From contig OZ024742.1 in the NCBI GenBank assembly GCA_964016885.1, positions 264,058,001 through 264,122,000 of the forward strand: a DNA stretch of 64,000 nt, in the 5' to 3' direction. The DNA comes from Eledone cirrhosa (lineage: Eukaryota). Shown here piece by piece: positions 27,264-41,260 of this stretch. Under the pieces are notes generated by a model that worked only from the letters and a program-made list of their open reading frames with translations, ran no database searches and had not been told where the DNA came from. A program made the position numbers and the translations under genes. Numbering within the stretch: the stretch's first letter is position 1; the number at the start of each line of letters is the position of its first letter.

Positions 27264-27458
27264 TTTGAGAAGTGGAAAATTTGAGAGAGGGCGCTTGTCT
27301 TGGTGGTCTGGGTCGCCGTAGTCTTCTGTGTGGTTTTCGCCACGAGTACCCCTCGGAGGTTTCCCCCCTATTGGGGAATTTTTTATTGTTTCATTTTTCA
27401 TTTTTATTGTTTATATATATATATGTTTCTATGTCTTTTTTCCTTTTCTTTTCTTATA

Positions 27459-28348
27459 TCTATATATATAAAACTGTGGATGTCTGTCTGTGTGTGTGTG
27501 AGTTTGAATCCCTAAAACTCGAGAACCACCCAACCGACTATTTTCAAACTTTACACATGTAATACTTATGTTTCAGGGAGTGTTCTGAGCCAAAGAAATT
27601 TCAAATATTCAATGCCCTAGAGACCGCATTAGGCGATTTAGCGATCTATCTCTATAATTCTTAGTATTTCTTTTTTTAGATAGATACATACATATAATGT
27701 CGCGCCCTTATAATATCTGTATGTATGTCTGGCTGTCTGCATTACGTCACTTCCCTGAGGATGTCTGTCTCTGTGTGTGTGTCTGTGAGTTTGAATCCCT
27801 AAAACTCGAGAAATACCCAACCGATTTTTTTCCAAACTTTACATGTGTATTACTTATGTTTCAGGGATTGTTATACACATAAAAAATTCAACTTTTTGAT
27901 CTCCTAGGGCCCACAATAGGTGAAAAACTGCGTTTTTTAAGCCTTTTAGTGTTTTTTTGAGGCGTTACGTCACACCGATTTCCTTGAAATTGTAACTATG
28001 CATTAGTCAGGCTCTTCTTCATACCGTGAGCAAAGAAAATCCAACTTCATTTTTTCAGCTTTTTAGAGCTTTTTGGAAGCGTTACGTCTAGCCGATTTTC
28101 CCGAAATTTCAAGGTATATTATACACATAAAAAAATTCATTTTCTTGATCCCCTAGGGCCCGCATTAGATGAAAACCTGCATTTTTCCTGCTTCATCGAG
28201 GAAAATATTAAAGATTATCAAGCCATCAGTGTATTCGGTTTAGTTTCTTTACATATTGCCCAGGCATGCAGTTTTTCCACGATGGGGTCTGTTGGTGGCC
28301 CGCTTTCCAAAATACCTTATCCCGTGAAACGCCGGGTTCCACTGCTAG
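27459..28348 (+). mobile_element. Non-autonomous Helitron
   Basis: a|TCtatatatataaa 5' end; cccgtgaaacgccggg hairpin then CTAG|t 3' end; internal duplicated blocks at ~27480 and ~27760. Confidence 0.88.
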
Positions 28349-28470
28349 TTAATAATAAAAAATCTCTACACGAACAAAATCGTACCGTCCTGTACCGTCT
28401 GTAGTGTTTTTCTTGATGTTAGCCCCTGTGGCCAATAAAGAAATCATTATTATTATTATTATTATTATTA

Positions 28471-28690
28471 TGAGTTCAAATCCCGCCGAGGTTGACTTCG
28501 CCTTTCATCCTTACGGGGTCGATAAAATAAAGTACCAGTAATGCACTGGGTAATTGCTGGCCTTGTGCCTAAAGTAGAAACAATTATTATTATTATGTTG
28601 ACTTTGCCTTTCATCCTTACGAGGTCGATAAAATAAAGTACCAGTAATGCACTGGGTAATTGCTGGCCTGGTGCCAAAAGTAGAAACAAT
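28471..28690 (+). mobile_element. Two tandem 5'-truncated SINEs in (ATT)n
   Basis: SINE bodies at 28471-28583 and 28597-28690. Confidence 0.88.
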
Positions 28691-28732
28691 TATTATTATT
28701 ACTATTATTATTATTATTATTATTACTATTAT

Positions 28733-31700
28733 TGACGACCTACGTAGTAAATCGTATCATCGTGAGCTCCGCAAAGGTTTGTTGTTTTCGTTTGTTTAAA
28801 ATTGACATTTATGGAAAATTTTTATTGTTAACTGTATATAAGTGCACATACATTGTTTTCCGAAAAGGATACTCAAAAAGATTGGGGCATTGAGCACAAA
28901 ATTTAAACTTTTATAATTATCAAAAAAAACTTTCATTGAAAAAAAACATGGAAGACTCACAGCCACACGAAGCTGACAGCCTTCCTCACAAACTAACACC
29001 TCACACCGACACCACCATTGTAAATATTACTACGTTTGCCAAAACTAAAAATATAAGCAGTAGCAATATTTAAAATTTGTCTCAGGTAGATATTCATTTC
29101 CCGCCATTATCAATGACTGCAGGTGTTAAAGCCGCCACCACCCCCACCACCACCGCGACAACAGAAACAAAAGAAAAAATAAATTAACTCGTGATATCGA
29201 AATGAATTCAACCAAAATGAACTCTTCCACACTGAACACCACTGACGCCACCACCACCACAACTGAAACTAAAATTAACAATAATAAAAATAACGATAAC
29301 AACAACAGCAACAATGAAATTAAGAAAACCACCCTGAGTTTTGCCAGAGTAGCAAAACAGTGCGAACCATTCCAGGTAACTCAGGAGGAATTAGAAGCCA
29401 AAAAAATGGTAAAGAAAGATGGGTACAGGGTCAGCCCCCCCCCCACACACACCTAATAAAATGGAGCATCGGCGCCAATGCACCGTGTCTTTCGGACGAT
29501 TAACATAAAATCGCGCCGAGTGGAACGGGCATCCGAGTCCCAAATCCAAAAAGCTTTGGGACATGTGTGGGCAAAAAAACCCCACATCAGACGTGGGCAG
29601 AAATATGGAACCGTGGACGTGTTCTTTGAAACACCACAGGAGGCCAGAGAACACTCCATGGCTCCATTAAGAAGTGACGACTTCACACTCGTCCCAAGCT
29701 ATTGTGGCCAGAGACTCGTGAAGATCAGGGTGACACACGTTCCACCAGCCATCGAAATCCTTCCTCTACGAGAAGTAAGGTAAGTGGTCTTTCCCATCTT
29801 TTCCACTCCATTTCAACATGACCTCACTCAGAATAGGCAGCATAAATGCGCGTGGCTTGTGGTCGTCATGGAAACAGGGCCACCTGCTCAACGACCTCAG
29901 GTCACTAAACATAGATGTAGTGGCCATCAGCGAGACCAGAATTTCTGAAGCACGGGCCTTCGCACCGATCTTCGGCAGCTACGATGTGTACGCATCTCCC
30001 AGCCGTCCTGGATCGGGGGGAGGAGTTGCTGTGCTTTTTCGGAGAGGTTTGGATCTCGCCATACGGGCCATCTTCCTGGACCCAGAAGGTAAGTTGGTGG
30101 TGTTGGACGTGACCAGCGGAGACGGGCAAGCTTTCAGGCTAGTGGCCGTCTATGCCCCGACAGGAGCAAAGCGGCCTGATTTCTTCCGGCGTCTGGAGAC
30201 CTTTCTTGGAACATCCCGCTCTTTAGTGTTAGTGGGCGACTGGAACGGGATCTTAGATGCACGCTGGGACTGTGTGGGATTAGCGGATAGGGGAGGAGGG
30301 TGCAAGAGCCTCACCAACCTGCTCAGGCGTTTTGAACTGTCTGACAGGTACCGATTGGATTTCCGGAATGTGCCAATGTTGACTTGGACAAATCGCATAG
30401 GGTCATCCAGATCATATCTAGATAGAGTATTTTGTAGGGAAATAGATAGGTCTAGCATAGGCTGTCCACAATTCAAGATAGTCAGCTACACGGACCTCAA
30501 ACTCGTGATCTGTGTGCTTGACTTAGATAGGCTTCATAGACGAGGACCCGGCTACTGGAAGCTAAACACGTCATTACCAGCGCGCAAGGCCTAGAGAGAC
30601 CGGATTAGCAAACTAGTTAAGCGGGCGTTGACGGGGGCCATCGTCAACAACAAGTGGTGGTTTTCTTTGAAAAGAGCTATTAGAATAGAGTCCATTAGGT
30701 TTAGTAAGGCTTTAGCAATAGAGAAAAATAGAGCAGAGGGAGAACTAGTTAGAAAATTAGACGAGGTGCTTAGCAAAGGCATCGCGACCGACGTACTTGC
30801 GGCGAAATTGGCCCTTGACCAATTCTTCAATGCAAAGCACGAAGGCTGCCTTGTCAGAGCTAGGGTGCGTGCTCTCAGACACGAGTGGATGAAAGCCGTT
30901 TAATGGGCCCGAGTGGCGGAGGCACGTCGTGGCAACAAAGCCACGATCCGGTCTTTGGTGGACCACGAAGGGCGCATGCTACTCGATCCCGGGAAAATGT
31001 GTGAAGCTTTTCAGCGACACTTCGCACAGCTGTTCGAGGGCAGCGGCGGGCCAGATCGAGGGATGGACTTTAGTGTCTACCTCGACGGACTGCCGCAGCT
31101 CTCGGCCACGGAGGCGGAGTGTTGCGAAAAGCCGATAACAGCCGCTGAAGTACGGGAGGCAATGACTGGCTGCACAAGGGGTAAATCACCTAGTTTGGAT
31201 GGTCTTCCCTATGAACTTTACGTACAGATGCTAGACTTGTTCGGTGGCCTCTTGGCGGACGTCTACTGCAACTGGCAACAGAACGGGAGAATTACCAGCT
31301 CTGTGAGCCGAGGAGCTGTGGCGCTGCTGAGAAAGGATCCGAACAAGGGGATAACATAGATAATTTTAGGCCCATAACTCTGCTAAATATAGAGTTCAAG
31401 ATTTTGGCCAAGGTGCTAGCAAAGAGTTTGGCGCTTGTCTTTGGTGGTCTGGTGGGCGAGGCGCAGACATGCGCCATTCCCGACAGATCCATCCACGACA
31501 ACCTCCACCTCATGCGATACATCGTAGAGAGGGTAGCTAGGGAACCTGGCACGGGTGGGTCCTTGATCAATTTAGATCAGTCGAAAGCTTTCGATAGGGT
31601 CGACCATCGTTACCTAGCGGCAGTCCTGAGGGCGGCTGGCTTTGGGCCCGTCTTCAGAGGCTGGATCGCTGCAATGCACAGCAACATCTGCTCTGTGGTG

Positions 31701-33339
31701 AGAGTGAACGGTCACCTTTCGGAACCGTTCAACATCATGCGCTCGGTCCGCCAAGGATGTCCCCTCTCGTCCCTCTTGTACGTATTGACTCTCGATCCAT
31801 TACTGCACAAACTGGAGACTCTCGATCCATTACTGCACTACACTAAGAGAATACGAAGCGGTGACAGGAGCAATGATCAACCAGGAAAAGTCAGTGGGCC
31901 CGCTGCTCGGCACATGGAGAGGCAGGTCCATGCCGTCCAACAGCGTCGTCGGGCGCTGGACAGACGGACCGGTTAAATTGCTAGGGGTCTGGTTCGGTCC
32001 GGACCTCTAGACGGACAAAAACTGGGATGAGGTTACGAGCAGGGTGGCTTCTCTCACCCAGAAATGAGCGGAGAGGAAGCTATCCCTGAAAGGTCGAGCG
32101 GAGGTGGCTAACGCGTACATCGCGTCCGTCATCTACTACCGCCTGACCGTCGTACCTTGTCCTAAGCTCCGCCTGACTGCGCTAGAGCGTTCGCTCTTTC
32201 GCTTTTTGTGGAAGGGACGCGCTCCGATGGTCAGGCGGTTCATCTGCTATCAACACCCGCTACGTGGAGGGCTGGGCATGCCGTGGCTGATGATGCGCAG
32301 ACACGCTCTCAGGCTACGTCATCTCCACCTCTTCCTCGACGGTGATCAGGTGTGATCGCCGTTTGCTAGACACGTCTTTCGCCAGCTCGTCTCCTTGACG
32401 GAGCTGCAGTCCTGGGTCAAGCTAATACCCTAAGGGAGCGTCGGGAGACTGGAATTTCTTCAGGTGCTCACAGCCCTCGACCAATCGGGCAATGTGATCA
32501 GTGGAAACTCCACCTCGGCGTTCTATAGAGGATTAGTGGAGGGGAAGAGCGACGACGTACTTGGAGAAACTCTAGGCGTCGACGAAAATCAACTAGCCAA
32601 TCTCTTCGGAAGGACGTTCGGGCCGGGGCCTATGGACAACTTCCAGAAATCCCTGGCCTGGCAGTGCTACCGAGGAGCTTTGCCAGTTCGGGTTAAACTC
32701 TACAGGCATCGTTCAGTGTCCGAGCATTGCTGACTTGTGAGTTTATGTCGAACACCTGCTGTCACGTGTAGGACGGAACCAGCTATCAGCTGAGTCCATC
32801 GTGAGGATTACCCTACCCTCCTCCTTTAGCCGGTAAGGGCAGGCAGTTTTTATCTGTCTGTCTGTCCGGTGGCCATGGCGAAAGAGATAGTATGGTGGAC
32901 ACGTTTGAAAGGGCTGAAGACGAGCACTTACCTCTTCGGTGATGCCCTGATTAACTTTTTCAAATTTCATTTAAAAAGGAAAATCAGGGTAGAGAGGGAA
33001 GTGCTCTCTTCCCAGCATTTTGTTGAAAGATGGGTGAGAGAAGCAAGTATGGCCCGAGTGAATGGACTTACTCTGAGTATGTGTCTGTAAATTAAAGGTG
33101 GAAAACTGGGAGAGGGCACTTGCCCTGGTGATCAGGATCACTGTGGCCTTTTAATGGGCTTTCTCCACAAATGTCCCTCGGAAGTCTCCCCCCTATTGGG
33201 CAATTTTTCATTGTTATTTTTTTGTTACATCCTGTTTTTGTTTTTTTTACACGCAAAATGCCCATTTGTACCGTCCTGTATTGTCCTGTACTGTCCTTAA
33301 TGACTACTTTATGTAAACCCTTGTGGTTAATAAAGAAAG

Positions 33340-33341
<2 letters not shown>
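28733..33341 (+). mobile_element. Second Tx1/L1-clade LINE with internal deletions in ORF1 and RT; (ATT)n tail
   Basis: APE ORF 29818-30594 and RT ORFs 30913-31976. The YADD region is lost near 31840, and ~1 kb of ORF1 is missing at ~29760. Confidence 0.9.
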
Positions 33342-33389
<48 letters not shown>

Positions 33390-33390
<1 letters not shown>

Positions 33391-33578
33391 GGGCGGTGGA
33401 TTGGCAGTATCGGTAGAGGGACGGACGCCCTGCTTTGACGCATAGAGTTACGGCCCTTGCCATTCTGAGTTCAAATCCCGCCGAGGTTAACTTTGTCTTT
33501 CATCCTTACGGGGTCGATAAAATAAAGTACCAGTAATACACTGGGTAATTGCTGGCCTTGTGCCTAAAGTAGAAACAA
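33390..33578 (+). mobile_element. Full-length SINE in (ATT)n
   Basis: A/B boxes, body and tail. Confidence 0.9.
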
Positions 33579-33596
33579 TTATTATTATTATTATTA

Positions 33597-36500
33597 TAGT
33601 TGCATTTATCTTGCTTTATGTTCATACGAGTTATCACCAAGTCACAACCAGTGACCTCAAGAGACAACAAGGTCCGCCATGTTCAAGAAAGAACATACAT
33701 ATTCACACATGCATCTTTAGTGTTTAGACTTGTGATGTACTCATATTGACAGAATCTTCCTTAGTATATGGGCAGTTCCCATTAGTACTATCTTTTGTAT
33801 TTCTCCTATACGCGGGTTTCCTGGGATTTGCGATATGTAATCATTAGACCCCTTAGGTATCATTCCCAGAGCGCCTACAACCACTGGTATTGTTTTAGTT
33901 CTCAATTTCCACATTTTTTCCAATTTCTATCTCCAGGTCCTTATACTTGCTCAATTTTTCAAATGTTTTTATAGATACATTCTTGTCTATTGGAACAGAC
34001 ATATCAATTAGCAGGCATACCCTCTTTTTAAAGTCCTTCAATATTATATCAGGTTTATTTGCATCTATTTTTCGGTCTGTTTGGATGCTAAAGTTCCACA
34101 AGATTGAGATGTGATCTTTTTCAAGTATGGGAGGTGGTTGATGCTCCCACCAATTCTTTTGATTGGGCAAGTCAAAATGCTTACACATTATCCAATGTAT
34201 GTATTGTGCAGCTCTGTCATGCCTGTTTAGGTATTCGGTTGGAGCTATAGGACTGCACATTGAATTTATATGGTCAATTGTCTCTGGTTGTTTTTTGCAT
34301 ACACGGCATAATGGGCTGCACCCATTTTTTTATTATGTTGGCTTGGTAATTTTTTGTTGGCAGACACTGATCTTGTGCTGATATAATCAGTCCTTCAGTC
34401 TCCGATTTCAGTCCAGAGGATGCCAACCACTGATGGGTTAAAGTTTTGTCAACATCAGGATTGTTAGCTCGCTCTGGGTATTTTCCATACAGAGGATTTT
34501 CTTGCCATTTCTTAGCCAGTTTCTGTAGCAGTTCTTTATTTGCAGTTACTTTTACCTGCTTTGGTTTTTCTGTGTTTTCCATTTCAGTAGTAAATGGGAC
34601 TTCTGAAATTTGTAGCCCATTACTGTATCTTTGTGCATTTTTTGTAATGGAATATGATCTTTTGATGCTTTCGTGTTTCAAAACGAGTTTGATCATCCAA
34701 TCATGTGATTCCCTTAGATATGTAGATAATCCAATTGTTGCAGTTTTCAACGCAATGTCTAACTGGATTAACCCACGTCCTCCTTCTTTCCTAGGGAGAT
34801 ATATTCTATCTATATCTGCCTTAGGGTGATGCATTCTGTACATGGTTAAGAATTTTCGAATTTTTGTATCGAGCCTACGGATCTCTGTGCTTGACCAGTT
34901 GATGACATTGTAACTGTAGGTTACTACTGGTATGGCAAGCGTGTTTATGGCATCGATCCTATTCCTTGCATTCAATTCCGTTATTAAGATTGCTCTTACT
35001 CTGCGGTAACATTCCTTCCTTATCCTTTCCCTCATTGTCGAGTGCTTGATTCCGTCTCCTTCACAAACATCTAGATATTTGTAAGTTTTTTCTTGATCAA
35101 GTTCTCTTATCACGTTCCCCCGATCAAGATTAATGTCTGAATTCTTCAGCAGCTTTCCTCTGGTGAACGTTGCTTTGGCGCATTTATCTAGTCCAAACTC
35201 CATTTTAATGTCATCACTGAACTGCTCTACAGTGGATAATAGCCCTTGCAATTGTTCATCATTTTTTGCAAATAGTTTCAGGTCATCCATGTAGAACAGG
35301 TGATTAATGGTTTTGTCATAGACTTTATATCCATGTTTTGTTTCATTGAGCATTTTACTTAATGGTATAAGTGCGATGCAGAATAAAAGCGGTGATAAAG
35401 AGTCACCCCTGAAAAATTCCACAATTAATATTAACTTCTCCAGCTTCCAGTGATTTTGTTTCACTATTCAAAAGGAGTGTCGTTTTCCATGTCTTCATAC
35501 TGAATGACAAAAACCTCCTGACAACGGGGGATATTTTGAAAATCTCTAAACATTTTTCAATCCAACTGTGTGGCAAACTATCGAATGCTTTTTTATAATC
35601 TATCCAAGCAATCGATAGATTTTTGTGTCTATTATGACAATCTTCCAGTATCATTTTGTTAACCAGAAGCTGATCCTTACAGCCATATGAGCCTCATTTA
35701 CACCCTTTCTGCTCAATGGGAAATAGGTCATTTGTTATCAGGTGGTCATATGTGTATTCAGTTAAGACTGATGTTAAAATTTTATACATTGTGGTCAAGC
35801 AAGTTATCGGTCTGTAATTTTTGGGCTTGTTTGTCTCATCATTCTTCGGAAGCAGGAATGTAATGCCGTTAACTAGCCATGATGGTATCTTTTCTGGCTC
35901 CTTAACTATTTCATTGTAAACTTGGGCTAACAGCTCATGAGACTCTGTGAAGGCATTTATCCAAAAGTTTTGTATTTTGTCTTTTCCTGGGGATTTCCAT
36001 TTGCTGGTTTTTCTTAGAGCCAAGCTTGATCTGATCAATTTCTATATCAGTTAGTAACTTTTTTCTTACAATATTTCTTCGTATATTGGCTAGTTTGTTA
36101 CTGTCAATATAGCCTCTGTTTTCGGGATGTTTCTTTTTCCAGTTGATATACGTCTGTTCTGTATTCAATGTATTTGATGGGTAGTACATGGCAGTGTAGA
36201 AAGCCTCAAGGACTTCTTTATTATCTTCCCTTGACCATTTTTCTCTCTTTTTCTTTGGATTTCTTGGTGGTGAATATGGAGGGCCAACAGTAGGAGTATT
36301 CCGGTTATGGGAGGTCTCCAGCTCCGAAGTGATGGGAAGGTTTGAACCATTAGCTGATTTTTCGACCCCAGTCTGGTTCCTCTCTGAGGGACGCGGCCCT
36401 TTTTTACCCGGGTGACGGCCGATCCGGTATGAGATTTTATCATTAGACATTTACTTTATTTTGTCGCGTTTTATCCTTATCCGCCAAGGGGTAATCATTT

Positions 36501-36640
36501 CATGTTACCACTTCTAGAACGAGTGTCAACCAAGACTAGAGGGGTCGTTCTCCCCTAGAGACACGGCTATTCCCCGCCGGCCGCCATCCCGGTATTTCTT
36601 GGTCACGGGGTTTTCTTTTTGTTGTTTTTTTTAAAATTGT
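33597..36640 (-). mobile_element. R4/Dong-like RLE non-LTR retrotransposon with internal deletion and (TAA)n tail
   Basis: KSPGKDKI, NYRPITCL, DYKKAFDS, GIFQG, LFYMDDLK, YKYL, RHD, KPDI..LIDMSVP, PVVVGALG. N-terminal ORF from ATG 36450 is fused to RT at ~36035. Confidence 0.9.
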
Positions 36641-37610
36641 TATTATCATGAGTGGTTCCTTAATGTGAGCATTGCGTGGCTTAAGAATGAAATTATTAAT
36701 AACTGTCTCCACTCCAGGCACAAGGCCAGCAATCACCCAGTGCATTACAATAATATAATATACTTTTTGTTGTAGTTGGCTGTTATTGTTGTTGGCTATG
36801 TTGGTGGTGGTGCCGGGGCTTTTTATATTGTTGGTGAGGAAGGGGTGAGCCAGCAGTCCCATAGTTGTTGATGTTGACGTTTGGCCGGTGGCCAGATCAC
36901 TAAGTCAATCTATTTATATCTTTTGCTAGCCTCTCCCTTGTCTAGTGATACCGCCACCTTCCCCTTTCTCTCTCAAGTTAACAGGGGAATAGTGGTGGTA
37001 GCAATGAAGGAGTGGTGGCGGCGGCGATGGGATAGTGGTAGCAATGATGGATGGGGTGGGGTGGTGGCAGCGGTGGCGTTGTGGTTACTGATATGTAGTA
37101 TCTATGAGTTTGTGTTCGTATGTTTAATATATATTTTTATTATATTTTGTGTTGACATATTCCCGTAAAATTGGAATTAAACATTTTGTTAAAATTTGAG
37201 ACAATAATAATAGTAATTATTATTATGATGCTGGGATTGATGGTGGTGGTGGTGAAATTGCCGTTATCTGGCTGTTATATTTAGTGTGATGGGATAGGTG
37301 GTGTATCAAGTTTCTGGTGTTGGTGAAATTGCTGTTATTTGGCTGTTCTATATAGTGTAGACAGAGGGTGTTTTCTTCCATTTATAACCATTTTCTTTTT
37401 TTGAATACAAAATATATAATACAAAATTGAATATTTGAGCGATACAACAATATAATATGGATCCGAAATTTTATGGGACCTCATTCGGTGGTTTATGCAA
37501 CATTTGTACTAGGAATTGTTATTTCACAATTGATTTAAATATGTTAAAAATCAAAAACTTACGGGAGCGATTTCATGACCTTCTACCACCTCGTGCGTCT
37601 TCTTCCCTCC

Positions 37611-37673
<63 letters not shown>

Positions 37674-39074
37674 GTCTTCATTATTTGTGGATTGATTAAT
37701 GCATCACGAGTTTCTTTTATAATTAGTAATTGCATCATAAGAAACACGCCTGACATATCGGCCATACTTTAGTATATTTCAATAAAATCATACAGACTTC
37801 ATAAAAACTGACTCGGACATCAATATCACCAATAGATTCAGAAGTCACAGTAGCTACAAAAGAAAATTAGGATTACTTCAGATCACAATTCAAGAAAACA
37901 ACGTGGAAAACAAATTGGCTAGTAAAATTTGTATGGAAGAAGGTACCCTGTTATTAGTTTTAACGTTACCATATCATCCTTGGATGCTTTCAGCGAAGGA
38001 CACTCGGATGCTATCATTTGGATTAGGTTTCAAGTCTGGTGGTAAAATACGCTGTCATTCTTCATCAGACAAATCCTTAAAAAGTAGTGAAAGGTCTTAA
38101 CTGAAGTAAAACGAGAGAAATAAAAAGATGTAATCCTCGAAACCAAAGAATTCTTGAAACAAACGAAAAACCAAAAGAATCACTAAATGTAGACGAATCT
38201 ATCGTTACGAAATATGTCAATACTTCCTTGAATAAAACAAAAAGTGCGATTCCATGCAGAAACTTTTTATTAAAAAATAGGTAAAAATAAAATTATAAAA
38301 CTCAATGGGGCACCAGCAGAATTTTGTTTGACAAGTATGGACAGAAACAAAGCCATCAACATGGACAGTATTGTTTAAAAAAACACAGGCACAACTCTAG
38401 AAAAACTGAAGAACTAGCCCAAGTAATATAAAAAGCTCAAACATCTGGAAAAGACAAAAATGAAAAAAATCCAAATTATTGTCGAAATATTTTTTATCAG
38501 GAAAAAGGACAATACTCATGACCATTTTCAAAGACTTCCAAATCTGGTGGGAGCAAGATAGAAAGGAATACTTAAACCAGAGGTCTGTCTCAGATGCGTG
38601 AAGTAGCGTGGATACCGCTGAAGCAAAGAACCTAAGGGCCAAGCGGTAGGTTAAACTGGGTGATCGATTAAATCTATCACCAAAGTAGATCACAACCGAA
38701 TTTAAACTGAGAACTCAAAGAACATGGACAAATTCCACAAGATATCTTTTCCGACACACGCCATTCCACTGTTCTCATTGGTACTTTATTGCCTCCAAAA
38801 TGATTAAAAGCAAAGTTAACTTTAATGGATTTTGAACGCTGAACGCAATGATATATAATAAATACTGCTGTTCTTTGTATAGCTTATAAGTCCACATAAA
38901 ATACTACCAAAGTTATTTAATAACAAACTAGAAGAACCAGAAACAACACCGCATTTGGTCACCGAGAGGAAAAATCTATTCAACCTCAAGAAGAGAGAAA
39001 CGGCAAACTTTAAAAGCTCGACCCATTACCAGCGTATAAAGCTTTAACTAGAATAATATTGCAAAGAATAAATA

Positions 39075-39263
39075 ATTGTTTCTACTTTTTGGCACAAGGC
39101 CAGCAATTACCCAGTACATTACTGGTACTTTATTTTATCGACCCCGTAAGGATGAAAGGCAAAGTTAACCTCGACGGGATTTGAACTCAGACCGTAAAGG
39201 GACGTAACTATGCTGGAAAGCATGGCGTCCGACCCTCTACCGATACTGCCAATTCACCGCCCC
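39075..39263 (-). mobile_element. Full-length SINE with ~15-bp target-site duplication
   Basis: caaagaataaataat on both sides. Confidence 0.9.
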
Positions 39264-39299
39264 AAAGAATAAATAATAACTGCGAAAACATTCAACTCA

Positions 39300-39990
39300 T
39301 TTACAAAAAATATAGATGAGATGCCACCAAAGCACTTATAGCTGTAAAGTGCAATTATCGACCAACAAAATCGTAACTGAAGACTGTATAAAAAAGAAGC
39401 ATGGCGTGAGCATAGCATGAATTGACTATCACTCATGGATCCTTGTAACATTAACTATGTGCTAGTTAGTACTAATACTGAGTAGATGCATTAAACATGT
39501 CATGATTAAATAGCTAACAAATATGTAGAGGCAAAGGTTAGAATTAAACCGACTACATCTCTATTAGAAGTCGAATATTTAAGGGAACTCTTTCTACCTA
39601 TTCCATTTCTTTCTGGTCCTAACACATTTAACCAGCATGTTAAAGCAGGCTGAACCCGAATACAATTAATATGTAGGACAACAAACTATCACATATATAT
39701 GGTCGACCCCAAGTAGTACACTACAGATGATAAACAACAAGAATCAACTGTTACAATAAGAAAACAGATTTACGAGAGGAGTTGATAGGAGATTCGGATA
39801 AGAAAAAAAAATGTCAACGTTTACAGAGAGGAAAGTGAATTATAACCACTAACGTCTTGTTAAATAGAGGGACAGAGAGAAGAGAATTAGACCATGCACA
39901 CATTTACAAGTATCTAAAAATTGATGAATTGGACAGAGTACAACTAAAAATGAGGTTAGAAACGAACATTAAATTAGATTCAAACACAGT
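39300..39990 (+). mobile_element. Very old RLE-type RT remnant
   Basis: Residual patches resembling GDSLSP, YMDDLK and YKYL. Heavily decayed. Confidence 0.35.
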
Positions 39991-40049
39991 TAAATACAAA
40001 GTAACGGAATCAATACTCTAGTTGCCCAAGGAATATGCAAAAGATAAAA

Positions 40050-40800
40050 TATTCTTTTTTTGACACTAAATGAATTAACATGAAACATGACTACACCACC
40101 TGATATAGAACTCTTATATTTACCACGAATTCACGAAAGACTCTTGCTTTCTGCTATAAGAAAACTGAAAAAAAATCTTCGCTTTACGACTTCACAAAAC
40201 AAGAGAAAACTGATACAAATAGTCAGAAAACATGAACAAAGATGGTGAATTCATGAAGGAATCTTTTACAGAAACTAATTACTCTCTATTTGCAAATTTT
40301 ACAAACAAAGCATACATAATAAATGCCATAAGTGAGTCTCAGTTATCAAAGAATACTGTAACTAAACGGATGAAACAGTATCTAATTACGTAATTAAGGA
40401 ACTACATAGAAATATTTTCCACTGCAAATGGATGGATCAATACATATTATCGACTAGCATCAATGTATATTTATATTCAAATGGTGTTTGAAGATTGTAC
40501 TTTTAAAGAAAATACGAGAGAAACTTATTTGATTTAACCATTTTAACCGATGTGAGAACCTTGCAATGTAGAAAGAATCTAGCATAGTTGATGATTTGTA
40601 AATACTTCCGATAGCAAAATTGTGATCATTATTTTCTAACTTAAAAGATAAACAAGCCGACACGTGCCAATTATCACAAACAAATCACATAATAAATGGT
40701 TCAATGTTATAACCTAATTTCGATGTTTATTTTGAAATTTTAGAAACTTTAAAAACAGTAGGACATTCGTTTTGAACGATTTCGATCAGCTATTACTAAT
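40050..40800 (+). mobile_element. hAT (Charlie/GTF2IRD2-like) transposase remnant
   Basis: DGEFMKESFTETNYSLFANFTNKAYIINAISESQLSKNTVTKR. Confidence 0.7.
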
Positions 40801-41064
40801 AGTTATATTTTTTATATCAAGTTAGCAAAATTAACATGAAAACATCTATGCGGAAATAGGATCTATGTTTAACTTAATGTTGAGAAATACAGAAGATACA
40901 TTAATATGATATACACAGTGACAAAATTAAAATGAAAACTCACAGATTCCAATTTTTGAAATCTAGTCTCAGTTAACAAATATCAAAAATGTATCATTGA
41001 TATTGAAGGCATATTTTCTTTCAACATATCGTTGTAAAGTGTTAATTCCATGTATGAGAAGAAG

Positions 41065-41260
41065 GATTTCTAATTGAGGAACACGACCAGCAATTTGATG
41101 GTAACGGAAAGTCGATTATACCTTACTAGTACTTTATTTTATCGACTCAAAAGGATAAAAGGCAAAGTTGACCTCGGCGAAATTTTAATTCAGAACTTAA
41201 AGAGCCGGAACAAATACTGCTAAGCATTTGTTCGACGCCCTAACGCCAAGCCAAGCCACT
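41065..41260 (-). mobile_element. Old diverged SINE (similar copies at 43535-43745, 44090-44300, 54580-54710, 60340-60460)
   Basis: tactttattttatcgac..aaggcaaagttgacctcggc motif. Confidence 0.7.

Larger units (their letters stand above)
21735..28445 (+). mobile_element. Full-length, mutated Tx1/L1-clade LINE (ORF1 + APE-RT ORF2); 3' UTR interrupted by a Helitron; (ATT)n tail
   Basis: ORF1 and ORF2 motifs listed below. 3' end gccaataaagaaatc(att)n at ~28445 matches the 3' end of the copy at 33341. Confidence 0.92.

Noticed and set aside
36760-38700. Possible decayed Tx1 ORF1 5' region (-) and PLE N-terminus (LSFGLGFK, +)
   Set aside because: Only isolated motif-like patches; boundaries cannot be supported.
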